Notes: generated by a model not told the origin, from the letters alone. 64,000 bases of DNA from Chamaesiphon sp. (GCA_965246715.1 CBDFFH010000015.1:32001-96000), one strand, 5' to 3'. Shown: positions 1 through 9,762, counted from the first letter of the stretch. Made by a program: numbers and translations.

Positions 1-74
1 CCTCCCCTTTATAAGGGGAGGGTTGGGGTGGGGTAAAGGACTACGCAGCAATCCAAGCTACAGATTTATATTTA

Positions 75-608
75 ATGCTTGAATGTATAATATTTGGGTC
101 GATATTCGATCGCTCAATGAAAGTCAGAGTTGCTACTCCCAACGATGTATCGCTAATTGTCTCATTCATCCACAAGAAATCTGAATTTGTTGGCGTAGCC
201 TCTCGGAACGAGAATCGAAACATTGGTGCTTTCTCCGGTATGTTGCAGGTATCTGAAGATAAAGTAAGTAAAACACTTTTCGGTACAATCCCGTTTGCTT
301 ACGTTTTGTTTGCAGAATCTTTAGATATTGAAATTGGCTTTGCACTCTATGAATTTAGATATTCATCATTTATCTGTCAGCCAAGTATCTGGCTTGACGA
401 TCTATATGTAGATGCAGAAATGAGAAGTCAGAGGGCTGGTGCAATATTAATGGATGAACTAGCTAGAATTGCTAAGGTGAATGATTGTAGTCATCTGGCG
501 TGGAATGCTGATGCTCGAAATGTTCGTGGAATCAGTTTTTATCATCGGTTAGGTGCAGAAATTATAGAGCAACATGGCAATCGATGTTTTTTCAAATGGA
601 TTCCGTAG
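75..608 (+). CDS. GNAT family N-acetyltransferase (SSAT/diamine acetyltransferase-like)
   Basis: IWLDDLYV..EMRSQRAGAILM (motif A) and N.RGISFYHRLGA (motif B). The start may be the later Met (MKVRVAT). Carries an apparent 24-nt in-frame insert at 190-213. Confidence 0.85.
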   Translation: MLECIIFGSIFDRSMKVRVATPNDVSLIVSFIHKKSEFVGVASRNENRNIGAFSGMLQVSEDKVSKTLFGTIPFAYVLFAESLDIEIGFALYEFRYSSFICQPSIWLDDLYVDAEMRSQRAGAILMDELARIAKVNDCSHLAWNADARNVRGISFYHRLGAEIIEQHGNRCFFKWIP

Positions 609-609
609 T

Positions 610-843
610 TGTAGGTTGGGTAAAGCGAAAGCGAAACCCAACACTCACAAATAGCTGGCTGAGACAGTTGGGTTGAAGAATGAAACCCAACCTACAGATT
701 TACTGGGGTGCTTCGTTTCGGGAAGCCTAGGGTGCAGAATCCCCTCCTCGGAGGGGTGCCCGTAGGGCGGAGTGGGTAGATCTCCGCATCAATCGAGTCA
801 TTCTAAATCTGGTGCGTCACGCTTCGCGATAACACACCCTACG
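610..843. repeat. Cluster of REP-like GC-rich palindromic repeats between convergent genes
   Basis: GTAGGTTGGGT...ACCCAAC / GTTGGGTT...AACCCAACCTAC pair, CCCCTCCTCGGAGGGG hairpin, GGTGCGTC...ACACCCTACG. Confidence 0.65.
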
Positions 844-844
844 A

Positions 845-2277
845 TTAACAAACCACCCATGTATCTTTGGTACCACCACCTTGAGAGGAATTGACAACCA
901 GAGAATCTTTTTTCAAAGCTACTCGCGTCAATCCGCCGGGATTGATATAGATATCCTTACCATTGAGAATGTAGGGGCGCAAATCGACGTGTCTACCATC
1001 AATACCGTCGGGAAGGAGGGTGGGTACCCGCGATAGACATAGAGTCGGTTGAGCGATGTAATTGCGGGGATTGGCGGTGATTTTGGTAGCGAATTCGCTC
1101 CGCTCTTCAGGGGTGGAGCAAGTACCGATTAACATGCCATAACCGCCTGATTCGCCTGCGGCTTTGACGACTAATTTGTCTAAATTTGCAAGTACATGCT
1201 CGCGTTGCCCATCGTGCCAACATTCATAGGTAGGCACATTGGGGATGATTTGATCTTCGTCGAGATAGTATTTGACGATCGCGGGTAGATAAGCATACAC
1301 CACTTTATCATCGGCTACTCCCGTCCCTGGCGCATTGGCGATCGCGACTTTTCCCGCTCGATAAACATCCATCAATCCGGGTACTCCCAAGGTAGAATCA
1401 GCCCTAAAAGTCAGCGGATCGATAAAGTCATCATCGATCCGCCGATAGACGACATCGACTTGCTGTAAGCCTTTAGTCGTACGCATTTGCAAGAAACCAT
1501 TCGCGATCGTCAGATCTCTGGCTTCTACCAATTGCACGCCCATTTGCTGTGCCAGAAAGGAATGCTCGAAATAAGCGGAGTTATAAATACCTGGAGTCAA
1601 TACTACCACCGTCGGCTCGAGGCTAGATTCTGGGGCTAAATACATCAAAGTTCCAGCAGCCGACTCGCATAATCTTCGACAGGGCGGATCTGCATCTTCT
1701 CAAATAGGCGCGGAAATGTAGACTTCATCACCCGCCGATTTTTCTAGTACATAAGAAACTCCAGAAGGGCACCGGAGATTATCTTCTAAGACATACCAGC
1801 TCCCATCACGATCGCGAATCAGATCCGTACCAGTAATATGACACCAAATCCCCTGTGGCGGTTTTAAGCCCATACACGGCTTGAGAAATCCACTCGCTGA
1901 ATAAATCAACTCTTGGGGAATAACGCCATCGGCGATAATTCTTTCGATCCCCATAAATATCGCTCAAAAACAAGTTGAGTGCGTGGGTACGTTGCTTTAA
2001 ACCGCGCTCTTAACTGCGTCCATTCGCGATCGCAAATTGTGCGCGGAATGATATCAAACGGCAGAATTTTTTCAGTACCAAGATCGTCGCTATACACGTT
2101 GAAAGTTGCACCGATCCTCAACAAGGTACTTTGCGCTAACTGTTGATACTGTTGCAACTCACTCAATGACAAACTACCGATCTTCTCGATGAGCGTCGCC
2201 GCAATCGATCGGGGACTACCATCGGGTAAAAATAATTCATCATAAAATTCACCAGGCTGGTAACTACCTATTTCCAT
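845..2277 (-). pseudogene. Circularly permuted type 2 ATP-grasp protein, split by about 4 single-base frameshifts (pseudogene or assembly error)
   Basis: ORFs 1906-2277, 1700-1954 and 845-1648 carry consecutive family motifs: [72 protein letters not shown]. Confidence 0.8.
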
Positions 2278-2474
2278 ATCATTACACCAGACTAGACAAC
2301 TATTCGGTACCTTCTATCAATTAACTTTTCTCACATAAATTAACTGTATAAGGATATACCACAGCCACCATTAGTACAATTAGCACAGGTGCGAAAATCC
2401 CTGCTACTGAAGAATTAGATAGCAATCGAGCGTCGTGGATAGTAAATAAGTCCTCGCCGGAATAGACTAGCTGA

Positions 2475-3545
2475 TTGGAGCTAGACACCTCGATCGATAG
2501 TAGTTTATTTCTGGAGCGTGGTAAAACCTCCGCTATCCAAGAGACTTTATGCGAAAACCTCCGATTTCTCTTACCAGGGACTACCAAGAAATTTCACTGC
2601 GGGGGCTTGTTTGCTGAGCTAAAAACTGCCGAACTCGCCAAACAGATCTGTCCGATCGAAATCGTCACCTATCGCCAGCGCGAGCCGGATAAGCCCTTTC
2701 TCGACGATCTGTTAAAACAGCCCCCACAACCGGATGCGATCTTCGTAGTGAGTTGGGGGTTTGATGTCCCCAAACTAGTGGCTCGACTCAAGGGGCATCC
2801 GACGATTTACCATGCCCATAGTGCCGAGTATGGCTTTCGACTCCCGGCGGGAATTCCGATCGTCACTGTCAGTCGCAATACGCTAGGTTATTGGGGACAA
2901 CGAGCGCCACACTCATTACTATACTATTTGCCAAATCAAATTTCGGATGAATTTGTCAATCGCCATGAAGATCGATCGATCGATGTCTTGGTTCATGCGC
3001 GCAAGTCTTCTAAATATTTATTAAACCAATTAATTCCCGCACTCGAAACCCATTGTCGAGTCGAAGTTATCGATGGGTTTGTCGATAGTTTGGCAGACTT
3101 ATTTAATCGATCGCGAGTTTATTTATATGACTCTGCCGAGTACTGGGCGACGCAAGGAGTAACCGAAGGATTTGGCTTACAACCTTTAGAAGCGATCGCT
3201 TGTGGGTGTCAAGTATTTTCGAGTATCAATCATGGATTGTCGGATTATTTAGATCCGGGATTTAACTGTCATAAAATTGCTGGTTTTAGTACTGCCTATG
3301 ATGTCGAACGGATCTTAGCAGTGGTTAAATCTTACTCGCCAGTCAATAATATCGAATCGCTGGTTGCTGAATATCGAACAGAGAATATCCGCTCGCGACT
3401 GAATATTATTCTGGCTGAATTAAATAGTTTCTTCGATCGGGTAAATCCAGCTAGTTCTGATATTCCAGAATTGAGCGAGCGGCGCATTACACAGTTAAAG
3501 GTGGCTAAGGTAATTAAGATTATTCAAAAGAAACTCAATCGTTAG
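2475..3545 (+). CDS. GT4-like glycosyltransferase (cyanobacterial)
   Basis: EGFGLQPLEAIACG GT-B motif. The true start is probably ATG 2549 with a 1-nt indel just after it (MRK-LRFLLPGT). Confidence 0.75.
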   Translation: MELDTSIDSSLFLERGKTSAIQETLCENLRFLLPGTTKKFHCGGLFAELKTAELAKQICPIEIVTYRQREPDKPFLDDLLKQPPQPDAIFVVSWGFDVPKLVARLKGHPTIYHAHSAEYGFRLPAGIPIVTVSRNTLGYWGQRAPHSLLYYLPNQISDEFVNRHEDRSIDVLVHARKSSKYLLNQLIPALETHCRVEVIDGFVDSLADLFNRSRVYLYDSAEYWATQGVTEGFGLQPLEAIACGCQVFSSINHGLSDYLDPGFNCHKIAGFSTAYDVERILAVVKSYSPVNNIESLVAEYRTENIRSRLNIILAELNSFFDRVNPASSDIPELSERRITQLKVAKVIKIIQKKLNR

Positions 3546-3873
3546 CTGATACCAGATTTTGGCAAGGGAGCATCTCACTTTTTATTATTTTTATGGATAA
3601 TAAAATTCTCGCGAGCCAGAGATGAGGGACTGTGGCGATCGAGATTATTTTATCTTTAGGGATTTTAAAAAGTGGCATGCTCCCTTTTGGCAATGACACA
3701 GGGCAAAGGGTACTCTGAAGAATACAGTCGGGAAGATTGGTTGAGCTAGAATCGATCGGAGCGAACATTAAGGTTGCGGATTGATATTGCCTAGTGCAAT
3801 ATCAATCGTGATGTCGCTCGATTAGAAATTTAAGGTACGATCGAGAGGTATTTATTCCCTACATTACCAGATT

Positions 3874-4158
3874 ATGGCCGACCCCATCACCCCCGCAATT
3901 AGCGATCGTATCTGTAAGCATATGAACGACGATCATGCTGAAGCAGTTCTCACCTATGCTAAGGTCTATGGTAAATCTCCCACCGCCGAAACAGCAGCCA
4001 TGAGCGCGATCGATCCGCTCGGGATGGATTTGACTGCTAGCATCGCTGGTGAAACAGTCAATCTGAGAATACCATTCGATCGGGAGCTGACGGATTCTGA
4101 AGATGCCCACCAAACTCTGATCGGCATGATTAAGGAAGCTAGAAAAATGGCTGGTTAG
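3874..4158 (+). CDS. DUF2470 / HugZ-like domain protein
   Basis: RICKHMNDDHAEA...IDPLGMDL...RIPFD pattern. Confidence 0.85.
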   Translation: MADPITPAISDRICKHMNDDHAEAVLTYAKVYGKSPTAETAAMSAIDPLGMDLTASIAGETVNLRIPFDRELTDSEDAHQTLIGMIKEARKMAG

Positions 4159-4187
4159 TTATAGAACCCATTTGAGATCTTCTAGTG

Positions 4188-4253
4188 GTGAGGGTGGGTT
4201 TGTTCGATATCGAACAGTAAATTCGATGTTGGCTAGCATAAACCCACCCCTAC
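4188..4253. repeat. REP-like inverted repeat next to the IS110 insertion site
   Basis: GAGGGTGGGTTT ... CTAGCATAAACCCACCCCTAC. It is an inverted relative of the repeat at 7236-7300 (AGGGGCGGGTTTATGCTAG). Confidence 0.7.
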
Positions 4254-4982
4254 AGATCCATAAATTCGGATATCATACATTTTACAGATCGACCGTAGAT
4301 ACTGTCTTGAATGTCAAGGGGTGGCGAGCGAATAATTAGGGTCAAAGGGCTGTTGAGACTTTAAAATGCCAAAAGCCAAATGGACTAATTTACGCATGAT
4401 GGCACCAATCGCCTGCATTTTAGCCTTGCCACGATCGAGTAATCGTTCGCTGAAAGTTTTGAGCAGAGGATTATGACGCATCGAGACTACCGCAGGCATA
4501 TAAAGAGCTTTGCGGAGTCGAGAATTACCAGTACAAGACAACCGAGTTTTGCCATGAACGCTGGTGCCACTAGAGCGCTCAGATGGAGTTAAACCCGCAT
4601 GGGCAGCTAATTGACGAGCATTCTGGTAATCTTCGATCCGACCGATTTCTGCCAACAAGACAGCCGCAGTCTGTGCGCCAATTCCAGGAATTGAGACCAA
4701 CAGATCTCGCTGTTGTTTTAACTCTGGATGTTTGTCGAAATGGTCGCTAATTAATTGTTTAATTAGGGCTTGCTGTTCCTGGAGATAGGTCAGATGAGAT
4801 TGAGTGAGTTCAGCTACTTTGGTGGTGGCTGTTTCCAAGCGATTGTGTTCGGCTGTGACCATTTCCTGAAGAGAATCTAATCGCCGGACCAGGGCTTGTA
4901 GTTCTTTGATTTCAGGGGCTGTTGGTTTCCACAGTTCTGGTTTAATTGCTGCACAAAAACGGGCAATCAATGCTGCATCAAC

Positions 4983-6550
4983 GTAGAAGTTCAGGGGGTA
5001 GTAAAAAGCAGAGAAATCTGATAGGGTAGGGCACATGGAAAAGACAGTGCCAGAACTAATAGCGGCAATCAGCCCAGAAGAGTGGGCACAAGTACCAGTA
5101 AGCGTCCTGAAGCTAATCGAAGAATTAGTGCGCTGGATGGATCGTATTGAGCAAGAAGTGGCAGCATTGCAAATAGAAAATGAGTTGCTCAAAGAACAAC
5201 TAGCCAGAACATCAGCAAATTCATCACAACCACCATCAAAGAATCCTCAAGGGTTTAAACCAAATCGAAAAGAACCGACGGGTCAAAAGCGCGGTGGGCA
5301 AATCGGACATATCGGACACGAGCGAAAACTGTATCCACTAGAAATGTGTCAAGAAGTAATCGACTACTACCCACCGCAATGTGGGAAGTGTGGAGGGTCC
5401 GTTAATGACAGTTTGCGGACTCAAATATATCGACATCAAGTAGTTGAAGTCCTACCAGTACAACCAATTGTTATCGAGCATCGATTTCATCAGATGACCT
5501 GCACTTGTTGTGGGGCAGAAAATCAAGCACCAGAAATGTCTGAAATTATTGGTAAAGGTGGATATGGCGCAAGAGTAGCAGCTTACGTGGGTTTGTTTAG
5601 TAGTCAGTACCGACAATCCTATCGGCAGATCCAAAACATCATGCTGGCGGTGTTTGGGATTGAGATGTCATTAGGTACGATTAATAACCTGCGCACAGAA
5701 GTAAGTGAAGCTGTTAGTGCTGCGGTGACGCAGGCACAAGGTTACGTTCAGCAACAGCCAACAGTAGGAGTGGATGAGACTGGCTTCAAGCAACGCAATG
5801 GAGATGGTCAAAACGCCGCCAAGACTAGTGGCTGGCTATGGGTAGCCGTAACGCCATTGGTCATTTGTTTTCAGGTGATTCTCAGTAGAGCTAGTACTGC
5901 TGCTCAAACTGTTTTGGGTTCAGCTTTTGCCGGATTTATCACCAGTGACCGTTGCCCTGCTTATAACTGGGTGGATGTGGCGAACAGACAACTCTGCTGG
6001 GCACATCTCAAGCGAGACTTCATTCAAATTTCGGAACGAGTAGGAGCCTCCGCTGAGATTGGTGAATCTCTATTAGCTCAAGAAAAGCTCCTGTTCAATC
6101 TGTGGCATCAATTTAGAAATGACCAACTCACTCGCATAGAGTTAGCACAAGCGGTTGAACCAATTCAAGCTCAATTTTCCACCATTTTGATGGAAGCAGC
6201 CGAATTCCAGATTGGTGAACATGAAAAGACCCCACTAGCTAAAACTGTGCGGACGTGCCGTAATCTGTTGAAGCTGTTCGATTCTTTCTGGCTATTTGTG
6301 CGTGAAGAAGGAGTAGAGCCGACTAATAATGCGGCGGAAAGAGCCATTCGTCCGGCTGTAATTTGGCGGCGGACTAGCTTTGGCTCGGATTCTGTTGCTG
6401 GCAGCGAGTTTGTGTCTCGTTTGCTCACTGTTGTCTCTTCCCTTCAGTTGCAAGAGCGCAATATTCTTGATTTTTTGGTTGAATCTATCTCTGCTGCTCG
6501 TTCTGGTACAGTTCCACCTTCTCTTCTGCCTTAGCCCTGTGAACTTCTAC
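4983..6550 (+). mobile_element. IS66-family element, single-ORF (ISBst12-like group)
   Basis: TIRs GTAGAAGTTCA.../...TGAACTTCTAC. 8-bp TSD GCATCAAC at 4975-4982 and 6551-6558. Confidence 0.95.
5035..6534 (+). CDS. IS66 transposase (TnpC-type)
   Basis: Leucine zipper, NSSQPPS, GGQ.GH.G, CxxC zinc finger, DETG, SDR, QLCWAHLKR, TNNAAERAIR. Confidence 0.95.
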   Translation: MEKTVPELIAAISPEEWAQVPVSVLKLIEELVRWMDRIEQEVAALQIENELLKEQLARTSANSSQPPSKNPQGFKPNRKEPTGQKRGGQIGHIGHERKLYPLEMCQEVIDYYPPQCGKCGGSVNDSLRTQIYRHQVVEVLPVQPIVIEHRFHQMTCTCCGAENQAPEMSEIIGKGGYGARVAAYVGLFSSQYRQSYRQIQNIMLAVFGIEMSLGTINNLRTEVSEAVSAAVTQAQGYVQQQPTVGVDETGFKQRNGDGQNAAKTSGWLWVAVTPLVICFQVILSRASTAAQTVLGSAFAGFITSDRCPAYNWVDVANRQLCWAHLKRDFIQISERVGASAEIGESLLAQEKLLFNLWHQFRNDQLTRIELAQAVEPIQAQFSTILMEAAEFQIGEHEKTPLAKTVRTCRNLLKLFDSFWLFVREEGVEPTNNAAERAIRPAVIWRRTSFGSDSVAGSEFVSRLLTVVSSLQLQERNILDFLVESISAARSGTVPPSLLP

Positions 6551-6899
6551 GCATCAACTGAATCAGTTTTCGTCCGTAATAGTTCGCCCTTGGCAAACCC
6601 TTGAATTCGGGCTGGATTGACGACACTAACGGCAAAGCTGGCTGAGTAGAGGAATTCGGCTAAAGCGTCTCCATAGATGCTGGTCGCTTCCAGACAGGCG
6701 TGCATTTGGTCGATCCCTTTTTGTTTGAGCCACTGCTGCAAACTCTCAAACCCTTGCAGATCGTTGGTGAATTTTTTGGATTTTGTTCTCGTCTCTCCCA
6801 TGATTAGTACTACATGAAAGTCTTTTTTGCTGATGTCTATCCCTAAAAAATTAACTGTCATTAACTGCTTACTCCACTCCTAACTATGCTCAAAGAACT

Positions 6900-7064
6900 T
6901 GACAGACTGTTTAACTAACCTTGTGATTGCAGGCTTTTCGGTAAATCGATTGCCTAAGATACTGTCCAGCTTTAGGTGTGTCTGTCATCAGTTGTGGGAG
7001 CTTATCTACGCAGCAGACTAACAATGTTGTCTAAGGGGCGGGCCAGCTTCACCGATTACTGATG
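6900..7064 (-). ncRNA. Predicted IS110 bridge RNA core (target-binding and donor-binding loops); the transcript may extend up to about 7220
   Basis: On the minus strand: CCCGCCCCT (7042-7034), CGTAG (7010-7006), ACAGTATCT (6965-6957) and ACAAG (6924-6920) match the target and donor halves. Closing stems are CATCAGT/ACTGATG and TGACAGAC/GTCTGTCA. Confidence 0.85.
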
Positions 7065-7373
7065 TCCTCACTCTCACTTTCTCGCATCTGGCGATCGCGC
7101 TCTGAAACTGTTATGGTTTCTTTACGCCGATCGATTTATTCCTCTGACTCCCTTGGTTTGTGTCGATCTCTTTGAACTACGTTTGTTCTAAGCATTGTCT
7201 ATATCGATCGATTACCTACCTCTCTTTAAGATACAAGGGGCGGGTTTATGCTAGAAATTCTTGCTTAAGACAGTCATCTATCGATCGAACCCGCCCGTCC
7301 CAGCAATATCTGTTAGATCGCTCAATTGCCGCGACAGTAAATCATCCATAAATTCAGCAATACGAAAAATCCC

Positions 7374-8171
7374 TCAATGCCGATCGAACAGCGCTACATC
7401 TCGATCGTAACTAAGATCGTTAGTATCTAATAACCGATCCCAGAATGTAAAATATAGCCCGTAATGTCGCCGATAACGATGGTGATGGATCGAGTGGTGT
7501 GCTGGGCCGATAAACCACTTACCCAGCCAGTGGTGAGGAAATGATGGGGACAATAGATTGAGACCCAGGTGATTGACTACCGCCCAGACTGTCATCGTCA
7601 TCAGTATGGCAATCGCGGTAATAAAGTGCAACGGGATGACAAAGACGATCGCGATCAGAAACAGTGACTGAACCAGTGCTTCCGGCGGATCGAAAGCAAA
7701 AGATGTCCAGGGAGTCGGTGCGATCGAGCGATGGTGCCCCTGATGAAACCACTTGAATAATTTGGGATGATGAAACAAGCGATGGATAAAATAAAAATAT
7801 GTGTCTTGGAGGATTAAAACTAAGGCATAACTTACGCCTAAATACCAAATTCCATAAGCATGAATATCGCTATATAAACTGGTAATACCACGATCGTAAG
7901 CAGACACGATCGTCGCCGCAGACAGGGCAAAAACCACAGCAGAGCAGAGTGAGAGCCGAATATCGTGCCAAATTGCCTTGTTTGATGGTGGCTCGATGCG
8001 CACCGCTCGCTGGGACAAAAAATTACCACCAGCCGAGTAGAAGTATAGGTGCAAACCACCTGCGATTGTAAAATATCGCGCGAGGATAATGCCGAGAAAA
8101 GCTAATCCGTAAAATATAAATCTATGCCACGCAAATAAATAGTCGATAAATTCCATTTCTGTCGATCGCAT
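7374..8171 (-). CDS. Sterol desaturase / fatty acid hydroxylase superfamily protein
   Basis: His boxes DTYFYFIHRLFH, HQGHH, NHLG, HHSIHH, and YGLYFTFWDRL. Confidence 0.9.
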   Translation of the reverse strand: MRSTEMEFIDYLFAWHRFIFYGLAFLGIILARYFTIAGGLHLYFYSAGGNFLSQRAVRIEPPSNKAIWHDIRLSLCSAVVFALSAATIVSAYDRGITSLYSDIHAYGIWYLGVSYALVLILQDTYFYFIHRLFHHPKLFKWFHQGHHRSIAPTPWTSFAFDPPEALVQSLFLIAIVFVIPLHFITAIAILMTMTVWAVVNHLGLNLLSPSFPHHWLGKWFIGPAHHSIHHHRYRRHYGLYFTFWDRLLDTNDLSYDRDVALFDRH

Positions 8172-8292
8172 TGGCGATCGGATAATTTACGCGAACGGAC
8201 AAGACAACTAAGGATGAGATCCGCTGGGATCTCATCCTCCGTTAGCGAGCGACTTGGAGAGTCACCCAACATGAGACTGGAGTGCGATCGAG

Positions 8293-9762
8293 CTAGGCAA
8301 CACCTTTGGCACTAACCGACACATTTGCTTCGTAGAGCGCGACACTGCGAACGCTAGCGGGAGTCGGTTGAGGCGCTACAGCGATATTGGAGCTGGCGCG
8401 GTGACGCACCACAGTCGATCGGGGATCGAGCAGAGACTGCGCGAGCAGACGACGATAGAGATCGCTGAGTTGGATGGCAACCCCACCCCAACTAAAATGT
8501 TCGCGAACCCTTACTGAGGCTTGATGGCGAATTTTTTGCACCCAGCTATCATCATCGGTCAAAATCCGCCCGATCGCGTTAGCAAAGCCATCGACATCTT
8601 GAGCTGGTGCTAATAATCCAGTTTCTTCAGGAATCACTGTGAATTTCAATCCACCGACAGCCGAGGCTACTACTGGGGTACCGCACGCCATGGCTTCGAT
8701 CGCCACCAAGCCAAATGGTTCGTAGTGGCTGGGAATGACGCAAACATCGGCGGCTGTGTAGTATAACGGTAAGCGGTCGTGCCCGACCATCCCCACAAAT
8801 TCAGTTAGATCGGCCAGATCCAGATCGTTAACGATCTCCTCAATCCGTGCGCGCTCCACACCATCGGCTTCATTGGGGTCGCTACCACCGACTACCACCA
8901 GGCGGAATTTTGGCGACTCGGACTGGTCTGCGAACCGCTCGCGTAAGCGAGCACAGGCACGCACTAGAGTTTCAATCCCTTTCCGAGGGTCGAAACGACC
9001 GACATACAGCACGATCCGTTCGTCTCGATCGAGTCCTAGTTGGTAACGCGCTTCACCTTTAGAAAGGGGGTGAAAATTCTCAACGTCCGTCCCGCAGGGG
9101 ACGATTTCAACTCGACCGGACTGCGATACTAATTGTCGTAAGTCGTCGCATTCTTGAGGACTGGTCGCGACAACACAGTGGGATTGTTCGAGAATATCGC
9201 ATTCCACATTCAACCGTGTTTTGGCGATCGTGGGAATATCTGCAACGGAGCGATATTTGACGGCACCGAGTGAATGATAGGTGTGAATCAGCTGGGCATT
9301 TTGGAGCTGTTTGAGTTGCAACCCGATCCAACCGGACATCCAATAGTGAGTATGGACGAGGGGGTAACTAGTCCCTTCTTTTTGTTGAAATTTCTGAAAT
9401 GCCTCGACGAATGCGGGCATGTATTGAAATAATTCGTCACGCGGGACATAAGTTTCGGGGCCTGCTACCAAGCGGATCGTCCGACAATGAGGCGCGTGAT
9501 GAACGATCGGGGCATCCTCCGGACTACTTTTACGGGTAAACATATCTACTTGCCACCCTAACTTTGCCAGTGCTTCGCCGACTTGACGCACGTAGACATT
9601 TTGACCACCCGCGGCATCTTTCCCGATTTCAGCCGCCGGATCGCCATGTTCGGAGATCAAGGCAATTGCTTGGCGAGCGGGAATTTTGGGTGCAGAAATC
9701 GGGAATGGTTGATGCAGTTGCTTGACGATGTGGGGAGTAAATTGTTTGGTTGGATTAGACAT
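8293..9762 (-). CDS. GT4 glycosyltransferase, MshA / sucrose-phosphate-synthase GT-domain-like
   Basis: ISEHGDP...AGGQNVYV, HTHYWMSG, HTYHSLG, VGRFDPRKG, YEPFGLVAIEAMACG. Confidence 0.88.
   Translation of the reverse strand: MSNPTKQFTPHIVKQLHQPFPISAPKIPARQAIALISEHGDPAAEIGKDAAGGQNVYVRQVGEALAKLGWQVDMFTRKSSPEDAPIVHHAPHCRTIRLVAGPETYVPRDELFQYMPAFVEAFQKFQQKEGTSYPLVHTHYWMSGWIGLQLKQLQNAQLIHTYHSLGAVKYRSVADIPTIAKTRLNVECDILEQSHCVVATSPQECDDLRQLVSQSGRVEIVPCGTDVENFHPLSKGEARYQLGLDRDERIVLYVGRFDPRKGIETLVRACARLRERFADQSESPKFRLVVVGGSDPNEADGVERARIEEIVNDLDLADLTEFVGMVGHDRLPLYYTAADVCVIPSHYEPFGLVAIEAMACGTPVVASAVGGLKFTVIPEETGLLAPAQDVDGFANAIGRILTDDDSWVQKIRHQASVRVREHFSWGGVAIQLSDLYRRLLAQSLLDPRSTVVRHRASSNIAVAPQPTPASVRSVALYEANVSVSAKGVA

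Larger units (their letters stand above)
4314..6861 (-). pseudogene. IS110 DEDD recombinase/transposase, disrupted (N-part 6551-6861, C-part 4314-4974; about 323 aa when rejoined)
   Basis: GIDISK, LEATS and KTDSVDA (RuvC-like DEDD), SIPGIG, GL.P...SSGTS (catalytic Ser), GNSRLRKALY, A..A.MRKL. Removing IS66 plus one TSD gives 972 nt in frame. Confidence 0.92.
4297..7237 (-). mobile_element. IS110-family (IS621-like) element, interrupted by IS66
   Basis: Core dinucleotide AG (CT on minus) at 4297-4298 and 7236-7237, no long TIRs. DEDD/Tnp recombinase fragments and a long upstream non-coding end. Removing the element restores a REP-like GTAGGGGCGGGTTT site. Confidence 0.92.

Noticed and set aside
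845..2560. Multiple frameshifts in the ATP-grasp gene and at the GT start, read as programmed frameshifting or true decay
   Set aside because: About five single-base indels (near 1652, 1740, 1940, 2010, 2556) cluster in short homopolymers, and I saw no substitution stops. This pattern fits local sequencing error. Raw reads are needed to decide.
4314..5192. 292-aa ORF as a complete IS110 transposase
   Set aside because: Its first ~70 aa are antisense IS66 sequence. The real N-terminus is at 6551-6861.
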